Positions 1 to 12,410 of a stretch of 64,000 bases of DNA are shown piece after piece. Position numbers and translations under genes: made by a program. A model generated the notes under the pieces. It was given only the letters and a program-made list of their open reading frames with translations, searched no databases and was not told the origin of the DNA. This DNA comes from Vicugna vicugna (Eukaryota). The DNA is taken from NCBI GenBank assembly GCA_013265495.1, contig MU057711.1, positions 1,798,001-1,862,000 of the forward strand, read 5' to 3'. The stretch's first letter is position 1. Each line of letters opens with the position of its first letter.

Positions 1-789
1 AAGTGTTTTTCCTCATCTAACTCCCAGAAAGCGCCCCAGAGAGTCTCCCTGTAATTTGTTCAAACGAAATAATATTTTCGTTTCCCCATTTCTCTTTGTT
101 GTCTTGTGTGATGAAAAGTAACATTTCTTTTCTTTCAATCCTATTAAGCGAGGCTCGAGGAATGCCAGCCACTCAATCCAAATGCGATCTGGCAGACAGA
201 CACGCGGCTTAAAAAACAGGACCTGCCAACCCGGGTTTCTGTCAGGAGTTGACATGTCACCAGGCACTGGAGACGTGCAACATTTCCTGAGCAATAACCG
301 GGGTTACCAGCAAGCTGAGTGGGTTCTTTCTCTCTTTCTTTTTCTCAGCTGACACATTGGGAACCTTGGCTCAAATATTCGGTCATTTGCACATATTCGG
401 TCCCCACGCCCGCTGCAGTTTACCATGCTCACGTGTCCTGAGCCTGCCTGACACCTACCCTCCACCGGGGAGGTTTGGCCCCTTCTTCAGCTACAGGACT
501 CGCTCTCTAGGGCAGTCTCTCCAGGCAGGAAGGGGCATGAGATCCTGCTCTAGTCCCTTCCTGGATCCGCTGAGCACCCCCGTCCTCCTCTTCTCATCCT
601 GCATGACCTCCCTCCTCATGGCTGTCATCAACAAAAGCAGTTTTACAAACTCCAACTCACTCTCCAAAGCCTGCTATCAGATGTCACCTCCTCTCTGAAG
701 CCCTCCCCAGCATCCGAAGTCATCCATGCTCCTGTCTCACTTTGCAAATGCTTTGACTCTGGCCAGAAAGATGTGATTAGATAAATGAT

Positions 790-1130
790 GGTGTAGCCAT
801 CTGATAAAACACTATGCATACTCTTTTCTTCTTTTTTTATGGAGTGAAACCAAATGAGTTGATAAGGAACTATGTCCATGGTGCAGTGCTAAAAGTGAAG
901 TAAGTAAGATGCAGAATAACAAGTAGAATTGATCCTATTTGAATAATACATGTGTCTATGCATAGAAAACTCTTGGAGGACACATAAAAATCAGTAAGAG
1001 TGGGGAGTGACTTCTGGGGAGTGGAAATTGAGGGAGGAGCCAAGAAGATGGGAGAACGTATACTCTTTTAGGTTTTTGAGTCATTTTTCCATGAGCAGGG
1101 ATTACTTTTCTGACTAAAAATAATAAAATC
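790..1130 (+). mobile_element. Old L1 (L1ME/L1MC-like) 3' fragment
   Basis: Resembles the recalled L1ME 3' UTR (aagtaagatgcagaataac...atgcatagaaaa...ggagga...acttctggga) and ends A-rich. Confidence 0.5.
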
Positions 1131-1698
1131 CACCTATGTTGATGAAAATGTGTATTAGTGCCATTTTGAATTTCAAAGTCACTGGAATAAATGCCACCAT
1201 AGGACCGATGGCCATCACTAATCATCAGTCTTATCGCATAACTTTCTCAGTGGTCCACACTCCCAATCTACATCTATATGTGAATGCCTTGCCAACATTA
1301 CAATTGATTGTATATATGGAAATCCTCTGAAGATGAGATTCTCTTAGTGCTCAACACTAAGCTCTGACTTCCTCTCTCCACCCCTGGCTGGCTGGTAGGC
1401 AAACAGAAGGCAAGGCCAGCCAAAAAGGACCACAATGCGACCTCAGGGGCCATTCCTGGGCTACAGTCCCAGGCAACAGCATAGGGGTGGGTCCCCCTAG
1501 GGCCTTACTGACCTCACAGCAACCAGCGACCAAGTCTTTGGAACATTTTGGCCAACTTCAGGGGGTCAGTCTTCTCATTTCCTGTATGTTGCCACCCTCG
1601 GATGAAAGAAGAGTCAGGCCAGGAATGCTGTCAGGGCACTGACATGTGAGTTCTTCAGATACAGCTGCCATTTGGCATTAGAAAAATATCTTGTGGTA

Positions 1699-1829
1699 GG
1701 GGAGGGTACAGCTCAGCGGGAGAGCGCATGCCTAGCACGCATGAGGTTCTGGGTTCAATCCCCAGTACCTCCTCCAAGAATACAAAAATAAATAAGCCTG
1801 ATTACCTCCCCATCACACACTCATAAAAG
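1699..1829 (+). mobile_element. tRNA-derived SINE, camelid vic-1-like, with 13-bp target-site duplication
   Basis: Head ggggagggtacagctcagcgggagagcgcatgcctagc...gggttcaatccccagtacctcc has Pol III A/B-box-like motifs, followed by an A-rich/C-rich tail. TSD aatatcttgtggt at 1685-1697 and 1830-1842. Confidence 0.85.
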
Positions 1830-2040
1830 AATATCTTGTGGTTAGCAAATTACATAAATCAGGGGGAAAAGTCACAATGGCAGCACCATTTCTGTTCTGT
1901 ATGGAATGTCAGTGGGCCAAAATTATTTGCAAATACATTTAGGCGCAGAAACATTAAACCTAACAATTGTGTTCTAATGACAAAATTGTCTTTACAAATG
2001 TATTACTTGCAAATGTGCTCATATGCTGTTATATACATTT

Positions 2041-2064
2041 CACACACACACACACACACACACA
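2041..2064. repeat. (CA)12 microsatellite
   Basis: Direct reading. Confidence 0.95.
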
Positions 2065-2907
2065 TACACCATCAAGCTCACCTACCCAGAGAGTAAGGAA
2101 CTAGGGGTTGCACCAAGTCTACACCCAGGAGCACCAAGGCGGCTGGCAGAGAGCGGCACGGCACCAAGGCACAGTCAATAACATGTATTGATCACGTTAG
2201 GCTCCCTGTACAGTCAAGCACAGTGACCCGGGAACAGCAACGATTTGCCCAGAAGTTGAGACTCCAAATGATTTCTGCTACTTTGCTTTCTAAGCTAAAG
2301 GAAAATTAAATTCTTTTAAATGATGGACTGGAGTAACAGACCAGTGGAAGTTAGAGCCGGAGGGGCTAAGGACACCGTGTCCATCACAGACTGGCTTGTT
2401 CACTGAGCAGACACCAGGCCTAGAAATATGCTGGAATGACCTCCGATGACCACACACATTGTTTTACGGGCTTAGACGTCCCTTTCTTAGAGGCTGGTTT
2501 GCAGGTGGCCACAGCCACAGGCCCAGGGAAGTAAGACACAGGAACGCAAACCTCCCCCCACGGAAACGGGGGCTGCAGACGGCTGGTGCAAAGGGCAGGA
2601 GGCCTCCGCGCAGCCCGATTCAGGTAATAAAGAAGACCCCTCCCCAGCAGCCCCTGGACCCGTTAGTAACTAGCAGGGGGGTGCAGAACCAGGCCCGGCA
2701 GTACTGGATTAGGACTCAGGCCTCTACCAGGGACTAAACTCTGAGTGGCCACAGTCCACTGCACAAGCGTAGGCCAGCCTTTTCTCTGTCTTAAACCTGT
2801 ATTTCTCAAACTTGATGGGGGCTGCTGACTTTTGGTTTTCAGGGACTTTCTAATACATCCGTACGACACTGTTCCCAACCCACTCTGATCGAACTGCTGG
2901 GATTATC

Positions 2908-3120
2908 CGTATCCACCTGCTCGGGCGGCCATGACGAAATATGATGGACGGGGTGGCTTAAACTACAGAAGCTAATTTTCTTCACACTTTGGAAACTAGA
3001 AGTCCAAGATCAAGATGTCAGCAGGGTTGGTTTCTTCTGAGGCCTGTCTCCTTGGCTCACCAGTGGCCGAACTGGGGGTTGGGGCTTCGACATATGAATC
3101 TGGGGAGACGTGGTTCCAGA
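2908..3120 (-). mobile_element. MaLR LTR (MLT1A-like), internally deleted
   Basis: gggtggcttaaactacagaa...ctagaagtccaagatcaagatgtcagcagggttggtttcttctgaggcc is joined directly to the terminal ctgggggttggggcttcgacatatgaat segment. Confidence 0.75.
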
Positions 3121-5919
3121 GGGAAGGAGGCCCCTTGCCCCTGCTCCTTCCGTCACTTCATGTGTGGAGCGCATCCTCCCAGACTCCTCTGTGTGGGGCT
3201 CACACACACTAGCTATCACCGCCCCACCTCCTTTACCAAGTTACCTTTGACCGCAGCAGAAGGGACTTGAAAATACCCTCAACCCAGCCCCCTTGCAAGA
3301 CCCCCGCAGGGTAACAAGGCCCAAAAGGAAAAGCCGGTGCCATTAGAAACAATCTAATTATGATCAAAAAGACAGAGCCATGGGTGCCCCCAGACCACAG
3401 ATGAGTGTGAGGTGGAGATCACTCAGGATGTAGGCAGGAACTCAGCCTCTCAGCCCCACAGAGGAGAATCCAGAACCTTCACTCCCATTCCCAGGTCCCC
3501 CCGAAATCCCACATCTTTCAGACCGACGCATCCACTATCACCCCATCGCCCCTGAACAGCCAGGCAGGTCTGCGCAGTCGGGGGCGGCAGCGGGGTAAGA
3601 ATTTGTTGGTGGCGGGTTTTAGTTGTGTGCGATTTTAAAAATCTATTCACGTGTGAGATGCAGCCTGCCTTTCCACAGAGGGCATGCTTTGCAATCTGAA
3701 TCGGCAAATTTGTTAACTGACTGTTGAGTCTAATGTTATACCACTATTCTGCCTCTCGTTAGCAACACAAATTACCGGCAATTAGCCGGCTGACTGTTCA
3801 AAGGCAGTTCAATTTCACGTATAAAGAGAACTATATAATGCTTAATGTATCTATCAAATGTAATAGCCCAAACAAAATTAATGATATGAATACAATGAGT
3901 GCTTATATGGGATAATTACAAGGTGTCTGTCAAGAGATGCAACTGTGGAGTCAGACACACAATCACCAAAGTTGTCGAGGCTGGTCCGGGATGCTTGGAG
4001 AGAGAAAAGCCATCATGCACTCATAGGCTCAGCCTCTTCCAGTGACAGGGTAGGAAAAGCAGGCCGCTGTCGTGTCTGAAACACTCAAGTTGTGGCTTCA
4101 AGCCCAGAGTGAAGTGAGACCTTGAGCAAGTCCCCAAGACTCCATTTCCTCATCTGTGAAATGGGAACAATAGCACCTGCCTCTCAGAGCCCTAACCCGG
4201 CACCACACAAGCAAATGAAGAAGAAAGAGCTTTGCTAACTCTGCAGTCCTCGCCAGGAGGAAAGTGGCGATGCCATGGAAGTTACTATTATTATGCAAGA
4301 ATTTCCACAGTGAGGCCCAGCAGACCTCGTCCAGCCTGCATCACAGACAGAGTAGCGTGGCATGATACGAACGACACTTTGATTTAATTACCACCTTCTT
4401 TTTTTCCCCCTCCGGTAACTAAACATTTTCCTCTGCTCAGTATCCCTGGAATGGCAGGGCCATTCCCAGTGTATTACTTGCATATCTATAATTAAATAAT
4501 TAAGAATTGTTCAAGCCCTTCCAAACACAACAAAAGGCGATGATTATTTCAAACCCACTTTAGGAAAAGTCAAGCCCCTATCAGCTCCATTTTTTGCTAA
4601 TAGTTATGCAAGGCTGCACCGGCAGCATTCCCTCTTGCATGCCAGCACACCAATAAATTAAGATATTCCTGGCCGCATCTGCACGAGGGAAATTAGAGCA
4701 TTACCTGGTCCCCGCCAGTGTGCCAGCTCCGAGCGGCAGGCGCAGCCCACGCTGGGCGACCAGCTGTCTGCGAATGTGGTGTGTGGATCACAGCTCAGAG
4801 CCAGGGGATCTCTTAGGAGGCCTGCTCTAATATCACAACTGCCTCGCTGCAGGACTGTTCCCTTCACAGCACAGTATTCAAACACTTCTTCTGCCTCTTT
4901 CTTTCCAGCTCCGGACCAGGGAGAACCAGGACCTAGGACCTCCGAGTTGGTCCCCAGATGCCGAAACAGGCACAGCTGATTTTTTTCCTGCTTGCCCCGA
5001 GTCGTTGCCAGTGAGGACAGCAGTGAGGCATTTTGTTTTCTGAAACTCCAGCCCCAGCTGCCCAGGAGGAGGGGCGACCTCGTTCCTGGTGGGTGTCGCA
5101 TCGCCAGGCACAGCCTCTTCGGCTTTGATGGGGACAAGTGGCCCTTGTCGAGGCTTCAACGCCAAAATGATTCCAAAATGGTTTGCACAAGTGTGAACTC
5201 ATGATTCCCAACGGAGACAAAGACCTGTTTTCCCAGAAATAAGAAGAGGCTTCTGACCTGGGTGGCTAACTCCAAGTGTGTGCATGTCTCGGGAGACAAT
5301 CTTCAGTCTCCAATGTGTTCCTTTAAGTCTGAACGCCCCTCCCCTACAGGGCTTCCCAGACCCCGACCATGACAGCCAGGCCCTGGAAACAGTCTCCGGC
5401 TTTAGACAAACAAAATCAAAGAACGGAGCGCTGCTGGCCTCGGGTCTGGCAAATGTGTGAGGCATCCAAGACGCAGCCTCTTTGGCAAACAGAGCCTGAG
5501 GCACTGCAGACCTGGACTGGGGTGGGAGCCTGGCTGGCCAGCTTACAAGCACTGGGGGTCCAACAACTGTGTGAGTAGGGGTCGCAGGGACGAGTGGAAG
5601 GAGTTGATGCAGGAGCTGCTGCGGCTGAGGCAGAGGACTGAGATAAGAGACTCTGACACTAGGTGGGGAGGACATTTTCAGGCATGTTGAGCTGGATGGT
5701 CAGCAGGCAGTGAGGGTGGAACGTGAAAGAGTAGGAAGCCAAGGCTAGGGACTATAGGTTTGGGGGTAGTCAGAAATGCATAAGGACCAGGCCCAGGATG
5801 TGCCAACAGGGTCCAGTGGCCTGATAGGACTGCAAAAGTCACCAACTTCCACAACCAAGAATCACTGGTAACCCTGGAAAAAAAGTTTCAAAGAGCATCA
5901 TGCTCTCTTTAATGCCTCT

Positions 5920-6250
5920 GAGCTTTTGTTATGCCCACAACCTGGAATTATCTTCCTCTAGTCCCTCTAGTAAACTCCTACTCATCCTTCAGAGGCCCAG
6001 CTCAAATGCCCCTCTATTTTCAAGCTTCCCCTGAGCACTCTCTATCCTCATGTATCTACCCCACCCACATATAACCAGGAGAGGCAAATCATTCCCCAAC
6101 CCACTCATACTACTTAGGAATTTGCACACACATGTATCTACCTCTCCCATTGGATTGGAAATTCCTTTAGAGTGGGGGGCTCTGTCTGCCTTGGTTCAGG
6201 GTCCCCAGCACTCAGTGCAAAGCCTGGCACAAGGAGTTAGCAGATAAAGA
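5920..6250 (+). mobile_element. L2 3' fragment
   Basis: aaactcctactcatccttcag...cagctcaaatg...gtccccagcactcagtgcaaagcctggcaca, typical of L2 3' ends. Confidence 0.65.
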
Positions 6251-6923
6251 CTAGAAGGCATGAAAAGAAATAGACTCCAAGGCTGAGGCAAAGTCTAAGA
6301 TCTTGTGGGTCTTCCCTGTGACAAGAGGGCAGCCTCAAGATGTTGTGTCTGAGGTCAACTCTCGAAACCAAAGGGGGCCAGTTATCAGAAGGCCATGGGG
6401 ATCCTGCGTGATGTACTCGGTGCACAGGGATGAATATCTTCCTACCCTGAGCACATCTGGCTTCTGCCCAGATGGGTGGCAGCCAGTTTCAATCCTGCAC
6501 ACACAGAGACTAAGCCTATCCCCAAAGGACAGAAGTCTCTTACCATCCCAGGAGGGACACAAAAAGTTAAAATGGGGTTCTTTTCCCTTTCCCTAAGAGC
6601 TGCTGCAAATTGGGCTACACCCATCTCATGGCTTCATGAGTAGGTTAAACCCCACCCAAGCTGGTAGCATCAGTGCCCAAATGTGCCTTCTGGATGTCTT
6701 TTTGGACCACTCCGTTCTCCATATTCTCTTTCCTGATGAAAACGTGTACTGTAGCATTTAATTATAAATTGCTTATAACATGAGATGTTTTCTGTAGCTA
6801 TGCCTGCCTCCAAAATATGTTGAAAGCTTCTAGGAGGCAGAAATGAATTTTACACCTTTCCAATAACTTCCTTGATCCAGAGTGGAGTACAGGAGTTCAC
6901 TAAGTGTTTTTGATAGACAAGTA

Positions 6924-7265
6924 TAGTCATTCCTTGGTATCGTGGGGGATAGGTCCCAGGAACCTTGAAGATACAAAAATCTGCTGATGTTCAAGTCCCT
7001 TATATAAAATACCATAGTATTTCCATATAACCTGCACACATCCTCCCTTACACTTTAAATCACCTCTAGATTACTCATAATACCTAACAGAATGTAATGC
7101 TATGTAAATAGTTGTAAATACAACGTAAATGCTACATAAATAGTTGGCAGTGCATGGCAAATTCAAGTTTTGCCTGTTGGAACTTAATGGAATTATTTCA
7201 GAGTATTTTTGATCCGTGGATGTGGAACCTGTGGGTGTGGAACCCGTGGATAAGGAGGGCCGATG
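6924..7265 (+). mobile_element. MER2/MER2B (TcMar-Tigger) non-autonomous DNA transposon
   Basis: tagtcattccttggtatcgtgggggataggtcccagg...atcacctctagattactcataatacc...ggcaaattcaagttttgc...ggaacccgtggataaggagggccga; degenerate TIRs, preceded by TA. Confidence 0.85.
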
Positions 7266-9399
7266 GGGCAGGGAAGGTGTTGCCTCACCGTGTGTGGCAG
7301 ACATTGCCAATCAAGCGCCGATCTGCTCTCTGTGATGAATGATTCACTCACGGAACTTGACAGCTCCTGCCAGTCTTACTTGGTGGCTGCTCTCCATGAG
7401 AAATGGAAGGGTCTGGAAAATGTGAGACTTCCAGGTGGCTCCAAGAAGGGACGGCTCAGAGTGGCAGTGTGCTTGGATGGTGCCCCTTTCTGAGGCTCTC
7501 CCTAGCCCTCCTCTGCCCAAAGCTGAAGAGATCACAGAGAATCAGGAGGAACAAAGAGGCCCACCATCCCAATTCTCAGCATTTCTACCGAGAGTCACCG
7601 CAAGCCCTCTTCCCACTTGACATTCTCGTTTTCAGCAGCTCGAAGTCCAGAGCAAAGGGGGAACCCCATCTCCCTGGGATGCACCATTCTCCAGGCTTCT
7701 GGCTGTCCACCCAACCAAAATCAGACAAAGAGATAAGAAGAAAGGTGGGGAACTCTGACGCAGTTCGTTGGCTGCCTTTAATATTTGTTTATAAACATTC
7801 TTTCTTCCTCCTTTGCTGCTTGCTCTTCTCTGGGCTAAGAAACATAGCTCCAGACCTGATCTGGGTATCACTTTTCAAATGCCCAAATCCCTGTAAAGGT
7901 TTAGTGTCTAGCTGTGTGCATTTTGCTCAGTATTAACATGTTCAATGGAGTACTTTGATTTTTTTTTTTATCTAGACGCCAGAAGCTGGTGAATATATGC
8001 TTCATAGCTTCAGATAAACCTTTTGTTCTTCTGGGGCTGATCAGCTGGTAGAGCAGCGAGAGGGAGAAGGGGAGGGGAATTCACAGGGGCTCAGTGGTTT
8101 CAAAAAGTCAAATTACCTCTGAGCCATAGCAAGGCTGATAATTTAAATGAAAAAATATATATACAGGCTGCAGCACACAACACCGTCTCTGGTAGGACTT
8201 TTAATGAAGCCCCAGTTGTGATGACACTGAAGCCGGGAACGCTACAGTGGGATAATTACTTGGCTCCCACACAGCTGAGTTCCATAGATGCATTATTAAC
8301 GGCACATTCCTCGCCATAACCAGAGCTGAGCAGAGGTAAGCTCTGCAGACCTGGGCGTCCGCCATTAGCGGCCTGGCGCAAACACAAATGAGTGTTTTCA
8401 CAAAAGCATGCAAAGGTTGTGAAATTCCAGTGAATCTTGTGCTGGGAGGTGGAGACAGGGCAGGGATGAGGGGGAAAGGGAGGGAAGGGATTGTGTGTAT
8501 GTATACACACACGCGAGCGCGTGCGCACACACACATGCACATTTGGTCCGTACAGACATGACCAGAGATGTCACCTTTCCCTGCACAATGTACTTGGAGT
8601 AAGGCAACCTGGGAAATTATAGAGTCAGAAAGCATTGATTTTCCTGCAACAGATCCAGGCGGCAGCCCTGATGAAGAATTACAGAGGAAATGCAATAACC
8701 TAATTCTCCTCCAACCTGGCCATGCTGTGCCTGCAGCCCTGAGCTCACCTGGCTGGGGCCACAGGGCGGCGCCTCCTGACCAGGGCACGCTTGCACAGCT
8801 GGGCTCCCGTTTGGCACTGCCAGGTGGTCCCCCCTTCTCAACCCCAATCTATCCTGAGCCACGGTGCTCAACTTAGGCCACCTTCCCAGAACATGCAGGG
8901 ATGGCCAGATGCCTCAGAGTCCAAGGGGCTTCTGGAAAGGGGCAAGGCACAGAGATGGGTATTCTTGCTCCTGGTTCACCCCAATTAAAGCCAGGGACAA
9001 AGAACGTATATTGCTCCTTGGGGCCAGAGGGACCTTATGCACATCCCAGACAGGGGATCCAGGGCACTGGGGTGACTCAGAGGAGACTGCTGGGAAACCG
9101 GTGCCCAGCCCTGCACTTCCCCATGGTCTTCTCCTTCGTTTCGCTTCCCCTGGAAGCGTCTGTTTCAAGGTGACCCTGTTTCGCGCATTAGCCCCAGCGT
9201 CCCCCGCCTGCTCACAGAACCAGGGGCCTCCCAGTAATTAACACCCGCACTTGATGAGGTCCAGCTGGCAAACTGAAGCGATGCCAGCATCTTCCACTCG
9301 ACAACCTGGGCTCCTCCAGCCGGGCCCAACGAGGGCCCCCCTCTCCCCGGCCATTCTGGCCACCCTGTCCCCAGAGGAGCAGGCAAAAGTCACCCATCT

Positions 9400-9945
9400 A
9401 GCCCGGATGTTCACTGGAAGTTGTTTATAATAGCAAAAGGCTAACAGCTCCAACCGGGAATTTAAACCATGGCGCTTCTGAGAACGGAACACCAAGCAGC
9501 CACTAAAAATGACGGTGTAGAGGTGTGTGTGCTGACATGGGGCATTATCACCGTGTGGTTGGGGCAAACGGTTACAAAATAGCATGGACGTTATAAATCC
9601 ATTTAAAACTAAACACAGGTGTACAAAAGAGTACGCAGTGATTCCATTTGTATAAAGGAACAAAAACAGGCACCACTATCATTGCTGTCAGAAGGCAGGA
9701 TCATGGTTACTCTGGCAGTGGGACGACAAGAGGGCAGGAGGTGGGCTTCTGGGGTGTAGGTGACGCTGTGTCATGATCCAGTGCTGTGTGCACTGGCGGG
9801 TTCAGCCTGGGAAAATGCAGCAAGCTGGATGCTTATGACACACGAGCGTTTCTGTATGGTAAGTTCTACACCAGCAACACGTCATTACGTGTTTATTGAT
9901 GTGTATTTCTCTGTATAAATCTCAAACCTCAATATGTTTTTTAAA
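9400..9945 (+). mobile_element. L1ME-like 3' fragment
   Basis: ggatgttcactggaagttgtttataatagcaaaa...gtcagaaggcaggatcatggttact...ggcttctgggg...tttctgtatg. Confidence 0.65.
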
Positions 9946-12004
9946 ACTGTGTTTACCTGTGTACGAACACATGGAGTCAGGAAAGGTAAACACCAACTTG
10001 GGAACAGCAGTTTCCCCCGGGAAGTGAGATGAAGGATGATTTCTCTCTCTTCATTCTATTTATCAGCATTTTGTTTTCTTGTAAGGAGAATTTATTACTT
10101 AACTTAAATTTCTTTTTTTTTTTTAACAAAGAGAGGGGCGACTCGCCTGAAATGATAAGGAACACTACCAATTTGCAAAATAAATAATCACCACCACCAC
10201 AGTATCATTGTCTGCTCAACAAAGAAAACACTCAAATGCAGTTTGGGGCCTGCTCTGCCCGAGCCGTCTTGAGGCAGGCTCCCTTTAGAAAAACGGAGAC
10301 AGAATTCTTTGGCAGAAGTCACTTGCAGAGTGAATTGTTTTCCCCTGACCCAGCCCGTGAGCCCCTCGAACCAAATCGTAAATAAACAGTCCTACGTGCC
10401 AGCTTATTGCTGCAAAGCTTATCACGGTGACCCACACTGACCAGGAGCCGGCCATGTGCGATCAGAAAATGGTTAGACAAAAGACAAAGCTCGCGAGAAG
10501 TTCAGACCCACTCAGCAAAGGTGTGTGACCCCCCCCCCCAGCCAGAGCCCACCCACCCCCAGGGCCATCCCCTCCCCTCCCCTCTACCCTTCCTTGCTCA
10601 TTTCAGATCACCTTATAACAGATCGATCCTAACTCCTCGATTTCCCAATTCATACGCCCAATTTCCCACTGATGTTCGAAAAACAGATGAGAAGATAGAG
10701 AAGGTTAGCCAGGTATCAGAGTAGACACAGCTCGTGAGGGATGATGTCGGTCATCTAAGCCAATCATTTCCCCAACCCAATTAATCATTTTCCTCAACCC
10801 AAACCAGTATCTTTTAAATACCCAAGATGTATTCAGAGGAGAGGGGAAGGTTGCAGCACGGGAGCGAGAAGAAGGGGGACCCCTGGTGGCGACTGCGCGC
10901 TCTCAGATACCAGATACTGTCCCCAGCAACCCACTTCTGACCCCAGACTCATCCGCACACAGCAGAACAAAAGCTCTACCATGAGCAGCCCCCACCCCAG
11001 GAAGTTGTTGGGGAAGCCTGTCCCTCAGATCTGCGGGGAGCCCTGCGGGATCTGCCTCCTAGAAGCCCCAACTGGAGACACTTCTGGAGGGGCTGTAGCA
11101 CCTTCCACAGGTCGGCTCCCAAACTCTGCTCTGCCTCTGTTCTCAACCAAGTCCCTGGTCCCTCTGCGCTTCCATTTCTCCCTCTGTCAAGTGGAAAAAC
11201 TAAAACAAAGCCCTAGCTCACATGCCTAGTTCAGGAGAGGGTCTTAGATCTCCAAGGAGCCCTGAGACCAAGGCTGCCAGTGTGGCACCTAGAAGAAGGC
11301 CACTTCCTTTGCAAAAGGGGTGGAGATTATTTAGCAAAGCATAAGGGAAAAAAAGTCACTTCCTATCAATGCGGAGATCAAGAACTTTGCCAGAGGCTCA
11401 GACGGCAGCAATTTCTATCCGCAATGCTCTCCAGGATCCCTGGTGGAGGGGTGGTGAGCTCATCACTGGACCCAGTTGAGGAGGGCCTCCCACAGCTCCC
11501 GAGGGGTCCCCAGGGGCAGCTCCCTGCTCCACTGCAGGAGATCAGCATGAAATGTCCTAGGTTACCGGGGATGGGTCAAGCCAGAAGAGAGCACCCCTAA
11601 AAAATCACTTAGCAGCGCAAGGTAAGTCCTTGAAAACCCCCCTCCTCCAGCTGCCTGCCCCTCAGTTGAGGGGTAGGGCCTCCAGGCAGAGGCTCTGGTA
11701 CTCACCTCCCCCAACATGAAAAAAGGACATTTTCTGGATTAAGAACCAAAAGCAGCAGACTTCCTTTTGCAGATTGCTCTGGGTGTTCTGAGACCGGGGT
11801 CCAGTTGTCTCTCTCTTTATTAAAATTTCCACACTTCCCTTCCCTTTGGAACCTCTTCCCTGCTTCCTCTCTCCTCCCCTTCATCAGAAAGTTTGGTGCA
11901 AAGAAATGGCCACACACCTGGACTAGCCCAGCCAGCAATCTCTGTGCTGGGAAGCCCCCAGGCCTCTCCCAAGGAAGGAGCTGGTTCCTCAACAGAGAGA
12001 TGCT

Positions 12005-12108
12005 TGTCTGTCTGTCTGTCTGTCTCTCATACACACACACACACGCTCACAGACTCAGAAACACACAGGCACACAGCAGAGGGGGCTGCCTATCACTCAC
12101 ACTCAGAT

Positions 12109-12139
<31 letters not shown>

Positions 12140-12410
12140 GAAATACAGACATATACACACACGAAACACAACAAAACACAGAGAAACAACCCCATAGGTG
12201 TAAATACATAGAATCAAATACACAAGGCCACAAACATACCCAAACCCGAAACACAGAAACAAACCCACAAACATCAAGTACATTGACCCCAAAACACACA
12301 CATGCCAAAGACACCTAAACATATAAACAGAAGGCTCAGCAAAAAGCAATATACCCACAGGCATGCAAATGCAGAGACACAGATAAATACAAACTACACA
12401 CACTCTCTCC
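12005..12410. repeat. (CTGT)n + (CA)n and degenerate CA-rich low-complexity tract
   Basis: Direct reading. Confidence 0.9.

Noticed and set aside
1699..1775. tRNA gene
   Set aside because: A-rich tail and TSD show a SINE, and no proper acceptor stem is evident.
2110..2170. Three GCACCAAG(GC) copies as a repeat array or ZNF423 sites
   Set aside because: Short, irregularly spaced, and not the GCACCC half-site; compatible with chance or local slippage.
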